This document shows, piece after piece, positions 47,664 through 59,119 of a stretch of 62,148 bases of DNA. Every line of letters starts with the position of its first letter. The first letter of the stretch is position 1. Position numbers and translations under genes: made by a program. The notes beneath the pieces were generated by a model. That model ran no database searches and had not been told where the DNA came from. It saw only the letters and a list, made by a program, of their open reading frames with translations. The stretch lies in NCBI GenBank assembly GCA_964388035.1, contig CAYLZE010000016.1, forward strand, positions 1-62,148. Reading direction: 5' to 3'. The stretch comes from an uncultured archaeon. Lineage in GTDB: Archaea; Asgardarchaeota; Lokiarchaeia; Sigyniarchaeales; SOKP01.

Positions 47664-50450
47664 TTATAAAAAGACCTTATAGGTAATTCTTAATGTTACA
47701 ATTACATTAGGTCCAATTTGTAAGGTAACATGGTTCTTTTCATAAGAATTTATTTTTGCCTTTATCTCGTGTTCTGGTTTTTCTTCTAAGAGATTAACAA
47801 TCTCTAGCTTTACAATTTCTAAACCCTTAAAGAAAAGGATTCGAGTTACTTCCGCTTGACAAGAATAATTAAATAACCTTATAATCAAGGCGTTTCCAAT
47901 CTCAGCTTTCTTTAAAATGCTCAACCCGATTGATGTGTTGTCAATAGAAATGAAACTTATTTTAGAGGGAAGCAACGGTGTTCGCTTTATAGTTTTAATG
48001 GTTCTGTATGGATATAAAATACCTAAGGGGGCTAAAATTACCCGATCAATCGTTCCCAAATTGGTTTTAATCATGGTGGGGCAAAATAATTTCAAGGGAT
48101 ATTTAAATTCTTGACCATGAACGTGAATTGCACTTTCAAGCCAATCTTCTTTATTTTCAATGATCATTGAAAGCTCGAAACTATGTGAACCAAAACATTG
48201 AGCAGCGGGAGTATATAAATCTGGTCCTGCGTTTGTATCTCGGGAATTTAAATCGCTTCTCGATAACCATTCGACACAACGTAATAAAGTTATCGCCAGA
48301 GAAATTGTTCCGTCCTTATTAATAATTGGTTCATGTTCATGAATACCACGAGACAATAGGGCATGCGTTCTTGATTCATCACTTATTGCTATAAAACTAT
48401 CATGATATGTATTGGAGGTTGGTGGTTGATTCCAATCATTTGCATTGGGTGGCATCACTGGACGTGAAATAACGTGAAAATGCCCATCACTTTCTATTTG
48501 GGAAGATTTTAGGGAAGTTGGAAAAACAGCTCGGAGCTTGTGATCTTTACTCTGATTATCCACCTTGAATGTTACTTCAATTCTTTTTTGCGATTCACGT
48601 AATTTCAAATAGAATGAAATCCGATTTATAGTAAGATGAGCATCTCGCTTTTTTCTATTAGGACTAAGGGCCACGGGAATATTAAAATCATGATCAATTT
48701 GTAAAGTCTGCTCTATTTTCCCTTTACATTTTGTGATTTTAGATGGTTTTTGATTAGAAGTTCTGAAAATTTCATTTTCTATTCCTTTTTTGGGACCGGA
48801 ATAATCATACAAATCTCCCCAATCCCCAATATCCTCAATGAAACACGCATTTTTATGTAAAATATTGCTTTCTTTTTCTAGAATATCTATAATTCCATCG
48901 GTGCTCACTACAATTTGATAAAATTGGTTTTCTATCATGTTTTTTTCAGAGATCTCGGCTAAATCTTCTTGAAGTAATAATTTATCCTTATTTGGACGTA
49001 AATAATAAATATTATATCCACAAGCAGGAACGGATGCGAGGAAACAACATTCAAAACTGTGAGAAGTTGAATGCCGAAATCGAGGTATTTCTTCAACTTC
49101 TTTTACTTGATAGTTGATTTCATTTCCTTCTGAATCCTCCAGACGGAATGAGTTTGAAGTCCGGATCCCCACGCGCCTCATCTGGGTAAGTATATTAAAT
49201 CTTACAATGTCTTCACGATGCCAAGGCAAGGGATTATATACTATGAGATGGATTTGATGGGGATTATCATCTTGAAAATGTAGGACATTGTCCAAGGATA
49301 AAATCGAATTGGCAATAACTTCCGTTCCAATTTTTTCCGCCCAAGCGAACCGTATTTTCATCTCATCATATACTGGATCGATGGAACATCCACAAATCGA
49401 ATCATGAGGGTGATTTTTTATTAACCATTTATATCCCTTTAAGATTAAATTAGTAGGATAGCGAAATCCAGTGTTCCTATTTAACATCCATGCCAAAGTT
49501 GCGATAGGTTCCACATATTTTTCATAAAGATTCTCAATGGATGAATTCAATTGTTTTATCCAAACTCTTGAGGATAACACTCCCGAAAGAATATGAATGT
49601 ATTTGCTCCCTCTTAATTCTCCCTCGAAAATTTTTAATTTAGGGTTAAGACCTTTCAAAATTTTAATATAATATTCAAAATCATTAAGTTCTAGGAATTT
49701 ATCTGGATGCAACTTATTCCATTGTTCAATTATTTCAGGAAGCTCTGGACAAGCAAGGGAATGATCAGTACCGCTATTTAATAAAACTAATGGCGTTGCG
49801 GTATCTTTCTCGAGTTTTTTAATGGCCCAATTAATTTTCTTTATTGCTTTAGCATAAGTGCCATTGACCTTTTTCAAGTTGAGTACTGCGACTGAACCAT
49901 AACTTAATTTTAAAAAAATTCCCAATATTTTAGCTGCATCTCCTGGAGCATTCCATTCGAACTCGATGTTAAGATTTCTTTCAGAAAATTGATTTCCGAA
50001 ACCTCTCCAGAAGATGACCGAGGGAATTTCAAATCCCTGCAAAATTTGAGGGAGCTGGGCAATGTGTCCAAAAGGATCGGGCGTGTATCCCGCTTTCATC
50101 ACGCGTCCAAAAGATTTAACAATCTGATGACCAATCATCAAATTTCTAATCAGAGATTCTCCACTTACCAAAAATTCATCGGGTAAAACGTAGAAAGGTC
50201 CGATTGAAAGCTTTCCTTCTCTTACAAGCTTGATTAAATTTTCCTTCATTTCTGGGCGGATTTCAAGGTAATCCTCCAGCGGAATGGTTTGACCATCTAA
50301 TGTAAAATTTGTATACTCGGGATTATGATTTAAGATGTGGATAACGTGATCAAGCATGGTAATTAATCGAGCTCTGAACTCTTGAAAGGTTAAGTACCAT
50401 TCTCTATCCCAATGCGTTTCTGATACGACAATTATGTGATTTGATTTCAT
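47664..50450 (-). CDS. Glycoside hydrolase family 38 alpha-mannosidase (MngB-like)
   Basis: THWDREWY, LDGQT, SGESLIRN, PDPFGH, HPHDSICGCS. Confidence 0.93.
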   Translation of the reverse strand: MKSNHIIVVSETHWDREWYLTFQEFRARLITMLDHVIHILNHNPEYTNFTLDGQTIPLEDYLEIRPEMKENLIKLVREGKLSIGPFYVLPDEFLVSGESLIRNLMIGHQIVKSFGRVMKAGYTPDPFGHIAQLPQILQGFEIPSVIFWRGFGNQFSERNLNIEFEWNAPGDAAKILGIFLKLSYGSVAVLNLKKVNGTYAKAIKKINWAIKKLEKDTATPLVLLNSGTDHSLACPELPEIIEQWNKLHPDKFLELNDFEYYIKILKGLNPKLKIFEGELRGSKYIHILSGVLSSRVWIKQLNSSIENLYEKYVEPIATLAWMLNRNTGFRYPTNLILKGYKWLIKNHPHDSICGCSIDPVYDEMKIRFAWAEKIGTEVIANSILSLDNVLHFQDDNPHQIHLIVYNPLPWHREDIVRFNILTQMRRVGIRTSNSFRLEDSEGNEINYQVKEVEEIPRFRHSTSHSFECCFLASVPACGYNIYYLRPNKDKLLLQEDLAEISEKNMIENQFYQIVVSTDGIIDILEKESNILHKNACFIEDIGDWGDLYDYSGPKKGIENEIFRTSNQKPSKITKCKGKIEQTLQIDHDFNIPVALSPNRKKRDAHLTINRISFYLKLRESQKRIEVTFKVDNQSKDHKLRAVFPTSLKSSQIESDGHFHVISRPVMPPNANDWNQPPTSNTYHDSFIAISDESRTHALLSRGIHEHEPIINKDGTISLAITLLRCVEWLSRSDLNSRDTNAGPDLYTPAAQCFGSHSFELSMIIENKEDWLESAIHVHGQEFKYPLKLFCPTMIKTNLGTIDRVILAPLGILYPYRTIKTIKRTPLLPSKISFISIDNTSIGLSILKKAEIGNALIIRLFNYSCQAEVTRILFFKGLEIVKLEIVNLLEEKPEHEIKAKINSYEKNHVTLQIGPNVIVTLRITYKVFL

Positions 50451-50499
50451 TTATGGCTCATTTTAAAGTATTAATTCAAAATCATTGGTTCAAATGGCT

Positions 50500-52320
50500 T
50501 CATTTCTTTATAATCGGCAGATCTATATAGGATGTATTCACAACATCATGGTATATTTTAAGCGTGGGATTACCCTCTGCGGGATGTCTCTTAAATGTAT
50601 CTTTATCGTGACCCGCAAGAGCTACTCTTAATCTATGTTCTTTTCTGACGAGAACTGAGGTAGAATACAGACCAAACTTAATTTCCATTAAAGCATCAGG
50701 CATGACAGGTAAAGCATCCTTTTTCTTATAGCTATGATAGGGAACCATTGATTTATATGGAGGAGTGTCATTTGATAATTTTCGATGCATGAAACGTATA
50801 TGACCATCAGTAAGATAGGTGACTTTTCCGGCCTGGTCAATGTCTTCTAAATATGCATATATTACCCCATCTTCGTGAGTTGTACTTAAATGAAGAGTGA
50901 TAATGGGATTCCCTGTTATTTCTAAATCTTCTTGGAGGGGAGCACTGGTATAAACCATTAGTTTCTTATCAGCTTTAGCTCTATTTCCATACTTAATGGG
51001 GAAACCTAATAACGCCCACCACCTATTAAATATTCCCGTACTCGCCCGAAAATTTACCTTATACGTGTCATGACTCTCATCTTGCTGGGGGGGAGTGGAT
51101 GAAAGCAAATTTTTTTTGTTTAAATACCATCGGTTAAATTCATGTCCCATCGGAGGCCAAGCAGTGGTCTTTTTCCACTTCTCTTCTCCCATGGTATAAT
51201 AATAAAGTATTTTTCCCCTCGGGGGATTGTCCCCTATACAGCTGTCAAAATGATGCATCCATGTATTAAGCAATGTAAAAAAGTCAGGAAGGATCTCTGT
51301 CCGTTCTGGGTAAAACTGACTCGCGGGTAGAACTGCACCGTGATTCCAATCCCCCAGAATTCCTATTTGGGGATTATTCAAATTTAAAAACCGATGGATG
51401 ACTGCATCTCCATACCCTGAATCAAGCCAAGAGGACCAGTGTAGTATGGGAATTTTGGAGCCTTCAATCTTGGACTTTTGATAAAATGTACTTATATAGT
51501 CGACGGGATTGCCATCTGGAAGTAGATCATCACGATAATTTAAGTCTTTGGTCAATTCATAAACATATTGATTTGCTTTATGCTCCTTGACAGCTTCTTC
51601 GAGGAGGTTTGGATTTAATTGAGAAGTAACAGGTTTTACTCCTTTTGCCATTAACCAAAAAAGGGGGATATTCTGCCTGAACTCCTTGGGATTATTTTGA
51701 TCCAAATACCTGCCTGATATAGACCACATTTTCATGAAAGTATCATTATATACACCTCCAGGAGAAGCCCCATCCAATAAAGCATCCCAACTGCAATGTC
51801 CTACTACAATTGTTTTTAAAGAAGAATTTTGATGGGTTGTTAAGAACTCTGCCGCGCTTCCCAAATAGGAACCTCCGCTGGACACTACTTGCCCATTAGA
51901 CCAAGGCTGAGATTTGATCCAATTTAAGATTTCATTACCATCTTCCACTTCTTCTTTTTTGAAGGGAAAATTGCGCTTACCAAAAGAGGCTCCGGTTCCT
52001 CGCACGTCTACACAAATTGCGGCATAATCGTGAGCATTATATAACGTATTTATAACCTTTGATAATGGTAATTCCTCCATTAACCATCTAAAGGGTACAC
52101 GTAGTCTCATGGCTCTCCAATATCGCGTCTGAACCAAAAGGGTAGGGTATTTTTTTGTATTATCTTTTGGTAATGAAATTATAGCAGCAATTTTTACCCC
52201 ATCCCTCATGGTAATATACTTGTCTAAGATAGTTCTCTCCGGGGGATTTATCAAGCTCTGCAACATATCTTCACCAGACTGAATAAACGGACTTCCCTCA
52301 AGCGTTTGTCGATTTTCCAT
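50500..52320 (-). CDS. CocE/NonD family hydrolase (S15)
   Basis: ITMRDGVKIA, TRY, DVRGTGASFG, QPWSNG, GGSYLG, GDWNH. Confidence 0.92.
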   Translation of the reverse strand: MENRQTLEGSPFIQSGEDMLQSLINPPERTILDKYITMRDGVKIAAIISLPKDNTKKYPTLLVQTRYWRAMRLRVPFRWLMEELPLSKVINTLYNAHDYAAICVDVRGTGASFGKRNFPFKKEEVEDGNEILNWIKSQPWSNGQVVSSGGSYLGSAAEFLTTHQNSSLKTIVVGHCSWDALLDGASPGGVYNDTFMKMWSISGRYLDQNNPKEFRQNIPLFWLMAKGVKPVTSQLNPNLLEEAVKEHKANQYVYELTKDLNYRDDLLPDGNPVDYISTFYQKSKIEGSKIPILHWSSWLDSGYGDAVIHRFLNLNNPQIGILGDWNHGAVLPASQFYPERTEILPDFFTLLNTWMHHFDSCIGDNPPRGKILYYYTMGEEKWKKTTAWPPMGHEFNRWYLNKKNLLSSTPPQQDESHDTYKVNFRASTGIFNRWWALLGFPIKYGNRAKADKKLMVYTSAPLQEDLEITGNPIITLHLSTTHEDGVIYAYLEDIDQAGKVTYLTDGHIRFMHRKLSNDTPPYKSMVPYHSYKKKDALPVMPDALMEIKFGLYSTSVLVRKEHRLRVALAGHDKDTFKRHPAEGNPTLKIYHDVVNTSYIDLPIIKK

Positions 52321-52339
52321 GTTTTAACACTCCAAGACT

Positions 52340-52702
52340 TTAATCCTCATATTGTATTTTTCTAAACTCGGTTAGATTACCCGAATTAACTTGCACAATT
52401 AAATCAGCCGTTTTATCCCAAATATTTTCCATGATTCCTTTTATTTCTTGGTAATCCTCTGGATTATCCATTATGATTTTGAATATTTTAGAATTATTAT
52501 TTATCTCAATTTTCATTGCGATACTCTTTGTTAATCCACCAAATATTCGGAGCATTTCTTCAATCTCTTCCGGGGAACCTAATGGATCATCAGAATCTCT
52601 CTTAGATCTGACCCATACATAAATCGTGTAATTTTTATCGTCATTTTCAATTTTTATGCTTTCCTTAAGTTGTTCTCGTATAATTGAATAAATGTATTCC
52701 AT
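52340..52702 (-). CDS. Hypothetical protein
   Basis: GGTGA RBS and position between MFS and CocE genes on the same strand. Confidence 0.7.
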   Translation of the reverse strand: MEYIYSIIREQLKESIKIENDDKNYTIYVWVRSKRDSDDPLGSPEEIEEMLRIFGGLTKSIAMKIEINNNSKIFKIIMDNPEDYQEIKGIMENIWDKTADLIVQVNSGNLTEFRKIQYED

Positions 52703-52796
52703 TCTTTCACCTTATTATGTTTTATACTTTAGTACATAATAAATCATATTTGATATTCGAAATATTAATATAATTAAACTAAATAAAAAAAAAGTA

Positions 52797-54215
52797 TTAG
52801 ATTTTAAGTTCCTTTAGCTGTTCCTTTACGCTCTTCAATTTATCCCCTTTTAAGTCCCAGGATTTCCAGAAATAGAGCGTTGCTAATAACGAGATGACCG
52901 CAGGGATAAGCATCATATGGATTAAAATCCCGAATTGTGCAAGAGGTGTTTGAGTTGATGAATCTGCTTGAAATCCCGTGAGATCATGGATGATCCAAAA
53001 AGCTACCATTTGAAATATGTACATGCTACGCCCGAAAAAGCTTTGAATTCCAAGGTAGATTCCTTCTTGTCTTTTTTTATTGAGCACCGCCGCCTCATCA
53101 TAAAAGTTTCCCACCACGGGAATCCCAGCAATGTTGCTTATTCCAACGGATACCCCCATGACTGCAACCAGAATTAGTGTGATAATAAAATTGGAAACGA
53201 AAACCATTAATAGAAATAATACCACGATTTTCAGTAAAAAGGTCAGAATATATACTCTCAAATGACCATACTTTTTCGATATCCAAAAATAGAGGGGAAT
53301 CGGGACTGCTGCCGCTAATAAGTAAGGTAAGTACAAAAGAAATTCAGTAGATGCATCAGCTTGTAAAATATAACGCACGTAATAGGGAATTGATGCTATG
53401 AATAATAGATTAAACGCAGATAACGAGATGGTGATAATTAAAATCGCTCTGAAGTTTTTTTGTCGCAAACTTATTTTAAACATTTTGAAGAAGCTCGTAA
53501 GAAACGATTCTTGTTTCTCATCGATAACGTAATATCTTGCTATTTCTGCTTTGTTTTCTCTTTGACCATATATGCTTGCAATTAAAGTGATTAAAAAAAT
53601 AATACCGAAAATGAATGCCAGTGAAACATATGAAGACTTATTGCCATATTGAACAATAAAAGGGGGAACAAGAAAGCCAACCATCAATCCTAATGTTGCA
53701 AATACCTGTTGAAGCGAGGAAGCTTTTAAACGATCCTCATCGGAGCGAAATTTATTAATGAGAGAGGAATTATAGGCGACACCGACAACTGAAGCGAACC
53801 CGTCGAAACACATCAAGGTAATTAAGAACCAAAAGAAGGTTGCCCAGACGCCTTTACTTGGGTCGGGTGGCATGAAAAATAATACCATTACCACGACTAA
53901 AGGAAACGATGCCATCATGAGCCAAGGATATCGTTTTCCAAACCGTTTCGTGAACCTGTACTTGCGATCCGTTAGAAATCCGGCGAGCGGATCATTGATC
54001 ATGTCCCAAATGGTATAAAATACGATGGCCAGAGTCATGTAACTGATGGGAAGAAGTACTTCTGTCTCATAGAAAGCGGTATACCGTGCTTGCATCATGT
54101 TAACTAAAATGGTAACTCCGAAAAGTAAAGAAACAAATGAAATCATTTTACTTGTTGACATTTTAAACTCTTTCTTTTCTTCCATGGAAATTTTACTTTC
54201 TGTCATATCTTTCAA
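52797..54215 (-). CDS. MFS glycoside-pentoside-hexuronide (GPH/MelB-like) symporter
   Basis: WDMINDPLAGFLTDR, RFGKRYPW, RQEGIYLG and about 12 TMs. Confidence 0.9.
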   Translation of the reverse strand: MKDMTESKISMEEKKEFKMSTSKMISFVSLLFGVTILVNMMQARYTAFYETEVLLPISYMTLAIVFYTIWDMINDPLAGFLTDRKYRFTKRFGKRYPWLMMASFPLVVVMVLFFMPPDPSKGVWATFFWFLITLMCFDGFASVVGVAYNSSLINKFRSDEDRLKASSLQQVFATLGLMVGFLVPPFIVQYGNKSSYVSLAFIFGIIFLITLIASIYGQRENKAEIARYYVIDEKQESFLTSFFKMFKISLRQKNFRAILIITISLSAFNLLFIASIPYYVRYILQADASTEFLLYLPYLLAAAVPIPLYFWISKKYGHLRVYILTFLLKIVVLFLLMVFVSNFIITLILVAVMGVSVGISNIAGIPVVGNFYDEAAVLNKKRQEGIYLGIQSFFGRSMYIFQMVAFWIIHDLTGFQADSSTQTPLAQFGILIHMMLIPAVISLLATLYFWKSWDLKGDKLKSVKEQLKELKI

Positions 54216-54522
54216 TTTTTAATTTTTTAAAGGTTAATTCAAGTAATGTTTTAATATAAGTTCATTTAATTAATTTATAAAGATTTAAATTATTTAAACA
54301 TTATTAAATAACTATTTTTGAATTACTTATAATGAGTATATTAGTTATTTAAATTTAATTAGATTCCAAATATTATTTCAAGAGAATATGAGTTAGAATG
54401 AGATTTTATCTTTAAAATAAATTTTGTATTCTCATATTTCGATTAAAAATTTCACGATTTTCGACTTTTCCTTGAACTTAATAAAAATGAGACAATAAAG
54501 AAAATAAAGAATAAGAAAAAAA

Positions 54523-55338
54523 TTAAAATCCTTTAAATTTAGGTTCTCTTCTCGTTAAAAAAGCTTTTATACCTTCCCCTATATCTTGTGCAGTTGAATT
54601 GATTCCAAAACCCATTTCTTCAAATTGTAGCCCAATATTTAAAGGAACTTGGGTTCCAAATCGGATGCACTTCTTAATTATTGCCAAGCTCGTCGTGGCA
54701 GCTTCGCCCAGCGATTTCATTTTTTGATGTAGATAATTTTCAAAATCGTCATCTTCTATTAAATGAGTCACATAGCCCCATTCATGCATTTGCTCAGCGG
54801 AGTAATGTTCTCCAAAATAGATCATGTTAAATACCCTAGCTACCCCGATATGCTGAGCCATTCTTTGAGTGCCTCCGTTGGATGGAAAAATTCCTCTTTC
54901 AATCTCTGGAAAGCCGAATCTGGATCTCTTACTAGCCATGACCACATCACAGACTAATGTAAGCTCTAATCCACCACCTAAGGCAAATCCATCCACACCC
55001 GCGATCAAGGGTTTTAAGAACCGTTCTATCTGATCATAGTACTTATGGCGATATTCTTGAGATTGAACCATGTGTATTGGAATATTGGGTTTCACATTTT
55101 TTGGCATTGGAGCCGCAAGATCTGCTCCTGCTGAGAAGGCAGGTTTTTTAGTAAAGTCCTTAGTTCCTCGTAGCAGAACGCATCGAATATTTGGTTCCAA
55201 ATCCATGGGATCCAAAGCCATGGCAATTTCTCGTAGGGTTTGTATTTGAAGTGCATTCAACTTATCCGGTCGATTTATCGAAATTACGGCATAATTACCA
55301 TCTATAGTTCCCCCTTCCATGCTTTTTGGAAATTCCAC
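54523..55338 (-). CDS. Enoyl-CoA hydratase/crotonase
   Basis: NRPDKLNAL, AFSAGADL, GFALGGGLEL, FGFPE. Confidence 0.92.
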   Translation of the reverse strand: MEFPKSMEGGTIDGNYAVISINRPDKLNALQIQTLREIAMALDPMDLEPNIRCVLLRGTKDFTKKPAFSAGADLAAPMPKNVKPNIPIHMVQSQEYRHKYYDQIERFLKPLIAGVDGFALGGGLELTLVCDVVMASKRSRFGFPEIERGIFPSNGGTQRMAQHIGVARVFNMIYFGEHYSAEQMHEWGYVTHLIEDDDFENYLHQKMKSLGEAATTSLAIIKKCIRFGTQVPLNIGLQFEEMGFGINSTAQDIGEGIKAFLTRREPKFKGF

Positions 55339-55508
55339 TTTAACATGCTCAAATGATTGCGTTATAATGCTATTTCACTTCCTTTTTTTTATAAAAAATT
55401 ATACTAATTTTTAAGAATATAATTTACAAAAAAATTAAAATCTTTTTAGTTAAACTAACATCCAGAAGGGAAAAAGTAGAATTTTTTATGATAAAATTAA
55501 GAAAAGCT

Positions 55509-56200
55509 CTACATTTTTTCCCAAATTTCATCTAATTCCTTGCTCGGCATATCCCACACTAAACCAGTGGGCTCGGAAGGTTCAGTTTTAAAAAAATCTG
55601 GAATCAAGTCGCTAAAATTTATTCCAGCGGTATGGTTAAAGTCTAATTCCTTTTTCAATAACATCTTCCCCAAGCTTATCATATCCTGCAATGTTAAATT
55701 TTCACCATTTTCAGCATTAAGAAGCCGAATGCTTAATTCAATATTTTGAAAATTAGAGCTAATAAAATAACAGAATCCTAGCGTATCTATAAGCATGATA
55801 GCAATTTGAAGTTCTCGTGAAAGCTCCACTTTTTTAAAATTTTGAGTAAATTCTCCATAGTCTATACCTGCTCGAGCTTGCCGACCCGGAATTGCAAGAC
55901 CTGACGTGTGATCTGCACCCTTCAGGCTCGTACAAAACGTGACTCCCATTGCTTTAGCTACTCGAGGATCATAGGCGGGAAATCCTTGTCCTTTTACTTG
56001 AGGCACCTGTAATACTTGTAAAAATTTACCCGTATTTTTCACACCATTCTCTATCATGAGTCCATTTTCTGTATCTCTTCGAATATCTTCAAGAAATGAG
56101 AGGAATTTTTCTCCATTCCCCCATTTGATTAAATTTGCTTCCATCGCTACACCTAAAGCCCCCCGATTTCAATCGTGTCAATTCCAATATCGTCGCAAAA
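55509..56200 (-). pseudogene. aor: 5'-truncated, frameshifted aldehyde:ferredoxin oxidoreductase
   Basis: VKGQGFPAYDPR and GADHT give only the C-terminal third. The upstream FCDDIGIDTIEIG is out of frame with ALGVAMEA across a G6 run near 56159-56164. Confidence 0.78.
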
Positions 56201-56396
56201 TTTCAATTAAATATTTGCATATTTATTGTAATATAAAATAATTATTTGGGAAGTCTTTTTAAAAAAAAATGTAAAAAAATGAAAGTTCTTAGAAAATTTT
56301 GATAAATCACATTGTTTTAAATTCAATTTATTCATGTATCTTTTAATTTCTTCTAATAAAATCGCCAAATTTAATTGCATTAAAAGAAAAAAATGC

Positions 56397-57803
56397 TCAC
56401 GATATTTTATGCCAACAATATCTATCAGCAGCTATCCGGACTTTTCCATTAGGATCTATTTGGAACTGCACGTGAATTTTTTGACCTGGAAAAGAAACAG
56501 GAACGTAAAATTTTAATTCTTCGAGATTTTCAATAGCGAGCGGCAAGTCCATGGCAAGCCCGCCAGGAATGGGAGCCTCCATTTTAAACGATAAAATTCC
56601 ATTATTAGAAAGGTAAATTTCACCTGGCATTAACCCGTTATATAATGCATATTTACCGGTTAATTTTTCCAGTATTTTTTGCACTCGTAGTAATGGAATT
56701 GCTTTATTAATATCACCTCCCATTAATAATGCTAGGATTCCACTAGCAAGGGCACCCATAACCGGTCCCGGTTCCCTATTAACCCCTATTACTACGCCCA
56801 TTTTCTTATTTGGAATCATGGCAAGTTTTGCCGCGGAAGTACTGATATTTCCTCCATGATGAATTAAGGTTTCTCCCATAAAATCCTCTTTCATCCAACC
56901 ATATCCATAGAATCCTTTCTCTGTCATTAAATATGATGTTTCATCGGGGATCTTTATATATTCCGCCCACATTTTCTGGATTGAATCTGTTTTGAGAACT
57001 TGTATTCCATCATAATTTCCTTCATTCATTAGTGCTAGCATGTAATGTATCATTTCCTCCACGGAACTTATTAATCCTCCGGGCGCATATAGAAAAGGAT
57101 CAAATGGAGGTTCTAGACCTTCTAAGGGAGATTCAGGGGTTTTTTGAACATATCCTGTTATTTTATTATCAGCAGTTTCAAAATACTCCTTGGAGAATAG
57201 AGATCTATTCATTTTGAGAGGGTTTAAAATATTTTCTTTGACATTTTCATGATAAGGCATTTGGGATACTTTTTCGATAATTAGACCTAAAAGAGTGAAC
57301 ATGTCGTTGTTGTAGAAAAAATGATTTCCAGGGTCGGAATAGATCTCGCTCGCAGCCCCATTAATGTTAATCATGTAATCTCTTACACTTGCCAAGGGAA
57401 CAGAAGGGTCTATTACTCCAAGCCCCCTGGTAATGGCTGAAACAGCGCCATTTATACCCGGTAATCCTGAAGAATGTGAAAGAGCATGATGTATGGTGAT
57501 GGGATTTTTTTTTGAACCTATTCGAAAATCAATATAATCTTTCAAAGGAGCGTTAAGAGAAATTAATCCTTTTTCCACGAGTTGCATGATGGACATTGCT
57601 GTGAAGGATTTTGTTATGGATCCGATTCCAAACAGTGTTCCTTCGTCCATTGGGAGGTTTTTCTCGATGCTTCTCCATCCATATCCCGCCGCGTGGGCTA
57701 CTTCTCCATTTTCAATAATCCCAATAGCCAAACCCGGTATCTTTACCTGCTTCATCACGCTTACAATAAGACTTTCAATCAATTCTATTGCTTTTTTCCT
57801 CAT
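56397..57803 (-). CDS. Serine hydrolase, beta-lactamase/D-aminopeptidase family (Pab87-like)
   Basis: GSITKS (SxxK), YNN (YxN), HHGG. Confidence 0.9.
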   Translation of the reverse strand: MRKKAIELIESLIVSVMKQVKIPGLAIGIIENGEVAHAAGYGWRSIEKNLPMDEGTLFGIGSITKSFTAMSIMQLVEKGLISLNAPLKDYIDFRIGSKKNPITIHHALSHSSGLPGINGAVSAITRGLGVIDPSVPLASVRDYMININGAASEIYSDPGNHFFYNNDMFTLLGLIIEKVSQMPYHENVKENILNPLKMNRSLFSKEYFETADNKITGYVQKTPESPLEGLEPPFDPFLYAPGGLISSVEEMIHYMLALMNEGNYDGIQVLKTDSIQKMWAEYIKIPDETSYLMTEKGFYGYGWMKEDFMGETLIHHGGNISTSAAKLAMIPNKKMGVVIGVNREPGPVMGALASGILALLMGGDINKAIPLLRVQKILEKLTGKYALYNGLMPGEIYLSNNGILSFKMEAPIPGGLAMDLPLAIENLEELKFYVPVSFPGQKIHVQFQIDPNGKVRIAADRYCWHKIS

Positions 57804-58064
57804 TCATAATTCCTTCTTGTTAATTATTCCAAATTTATTGAATCGATGATGATATTAATTTCGATAAACGCAATAAAATTTTTAACTCTTTCCTCGCTAT
57901 CAAAGATTTTTTCATAATAACACAACTTTTTTTTGTTGAGGTAGCTAAATTTAGTTTTTAGCCAGTATTGAGATAGTGATTCCTTAGTAAGAGAAGCCCA
58001 TAAATAATAAAGGATAAACAATTTTACTCATTATGAGAGTTTTTATTAATAAAGTTGAATAAAA

Positions 58065-59063
58065 ATGAATCTTGAAGAAAATATAGCTAAATCGGCATTG
58101 GATTTGATAGGACATACTCCATTAGTCGAACTCTCAAGAATAACTAAGGGATTAGATGGTCGTATCCTTGCGAAGGTGGAGTATTTTAATCCGGGATTTT
58201 CAAAAAAAGATCGCATTGCATTACAAACGATTGAAGAGGCGGAAAAGCAAGGGCTTTTAAAGCCGGGCCAACCAATCATTGAACTAACGAGTGGAAATAC
58301 AGGTACTGGTTATGCAGTGGTCTGTGCAATTATGGGATATGAATTTATAGCGGTCATGAGTAAAGGAAATTCGATTGAAAGAGCAAGGATGATGGCGGCT
58401 TTTGGTGCTAAGGTAGTACTGGTAGATCAAGCTCCAGGATCTGTACCGGGACAAGTATCTGGCAACGATATTGCCTTAGTGGAAAAAGAAACCCAAAGAT
58501 TAACAGAAAAATTTAATGCATTTCGAGCGGATCAATTTAATTTGGAAGGAAATTGGAGAGCATATTATTCACGCATGGGCCCGGAGATCATTAGACAAAC
58601 CAAAGGTAAAATTGAAGGTTTTTGCGATTTTGTAGGATCGGGAGGAAGTTTTTCGGGATTAACGAGATTTTTCAAGGAATATAATGCAAGAATTAAGTGT
58701 TATGTGATAGAACCAGAAACAGCACCTATTCTAGCAGGAAAAAAAGTTACAAATCCTTCCCATAAAATTCAAGGCGGAGGATATTCAATCAAGGATTTAA
58801 AGTTTCTTGAAGGTCTTGAAATTGATGGCTTCATCCAAATATCCAATGATGAAGCAATCAATGTGGCACGTCGCCTTGCTAGAGAAGAAGCCATTTTTGG
58901 CGGATTCTCTTCAGGGGCAAATGTCGCTGCAGCAATGAAATTATTAAAAAGTGATTTAAAAGGAAAGACGATATTATGCCTACTTTGCGATAGTGGATTA
59001 AAATACTTAAGTACAGATTTATGGGCACCCATTGGTCCAAACGGAACGATCGAGAAGAAATAA
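58065..59063 (+). CDS. Cysteine synthase family PLP enzyme
   Basis: GHTPLV, NPGFSKKDR, TSGNTG, GSGGS, GFSSGAN, DSGLKYLST. Confidence 0.9.
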   Translation: MNLEENIAKSALDLIGHTPLVELSRITKGLDGRILAKVEYFNPGFSKKDRIALQTIEEAEKQGLLKPGQPIIELTSGNTGTGYAVVCAIMGYEFIAVMSKGNSIERARMMAAFGAKVVLVDQAPGSVPGQVSGNDIALVEKETQRLTEKFNAFRADQFNLEGNWRAYYSRMGPEIIRQTKGKIEGFCDFVGSGGSFSGLTRFFKEYNARIKCYVIEPETAPILAGKKVTNPSHKIQGGGYSIKDLKFLEGLEIDGFIQISNDEAINVARRLAREEAIFGGFSSGANVAAAMKLLKSDLKGKTILCLLCDSGLKYLSTDLWAPIGPNGTIEKK

Positions 59064-59119
59064 AAAGAAAAGATAAAAAATAATAGAAAATGCATTATTC
59101 CTAATTATATTAACTAAAG

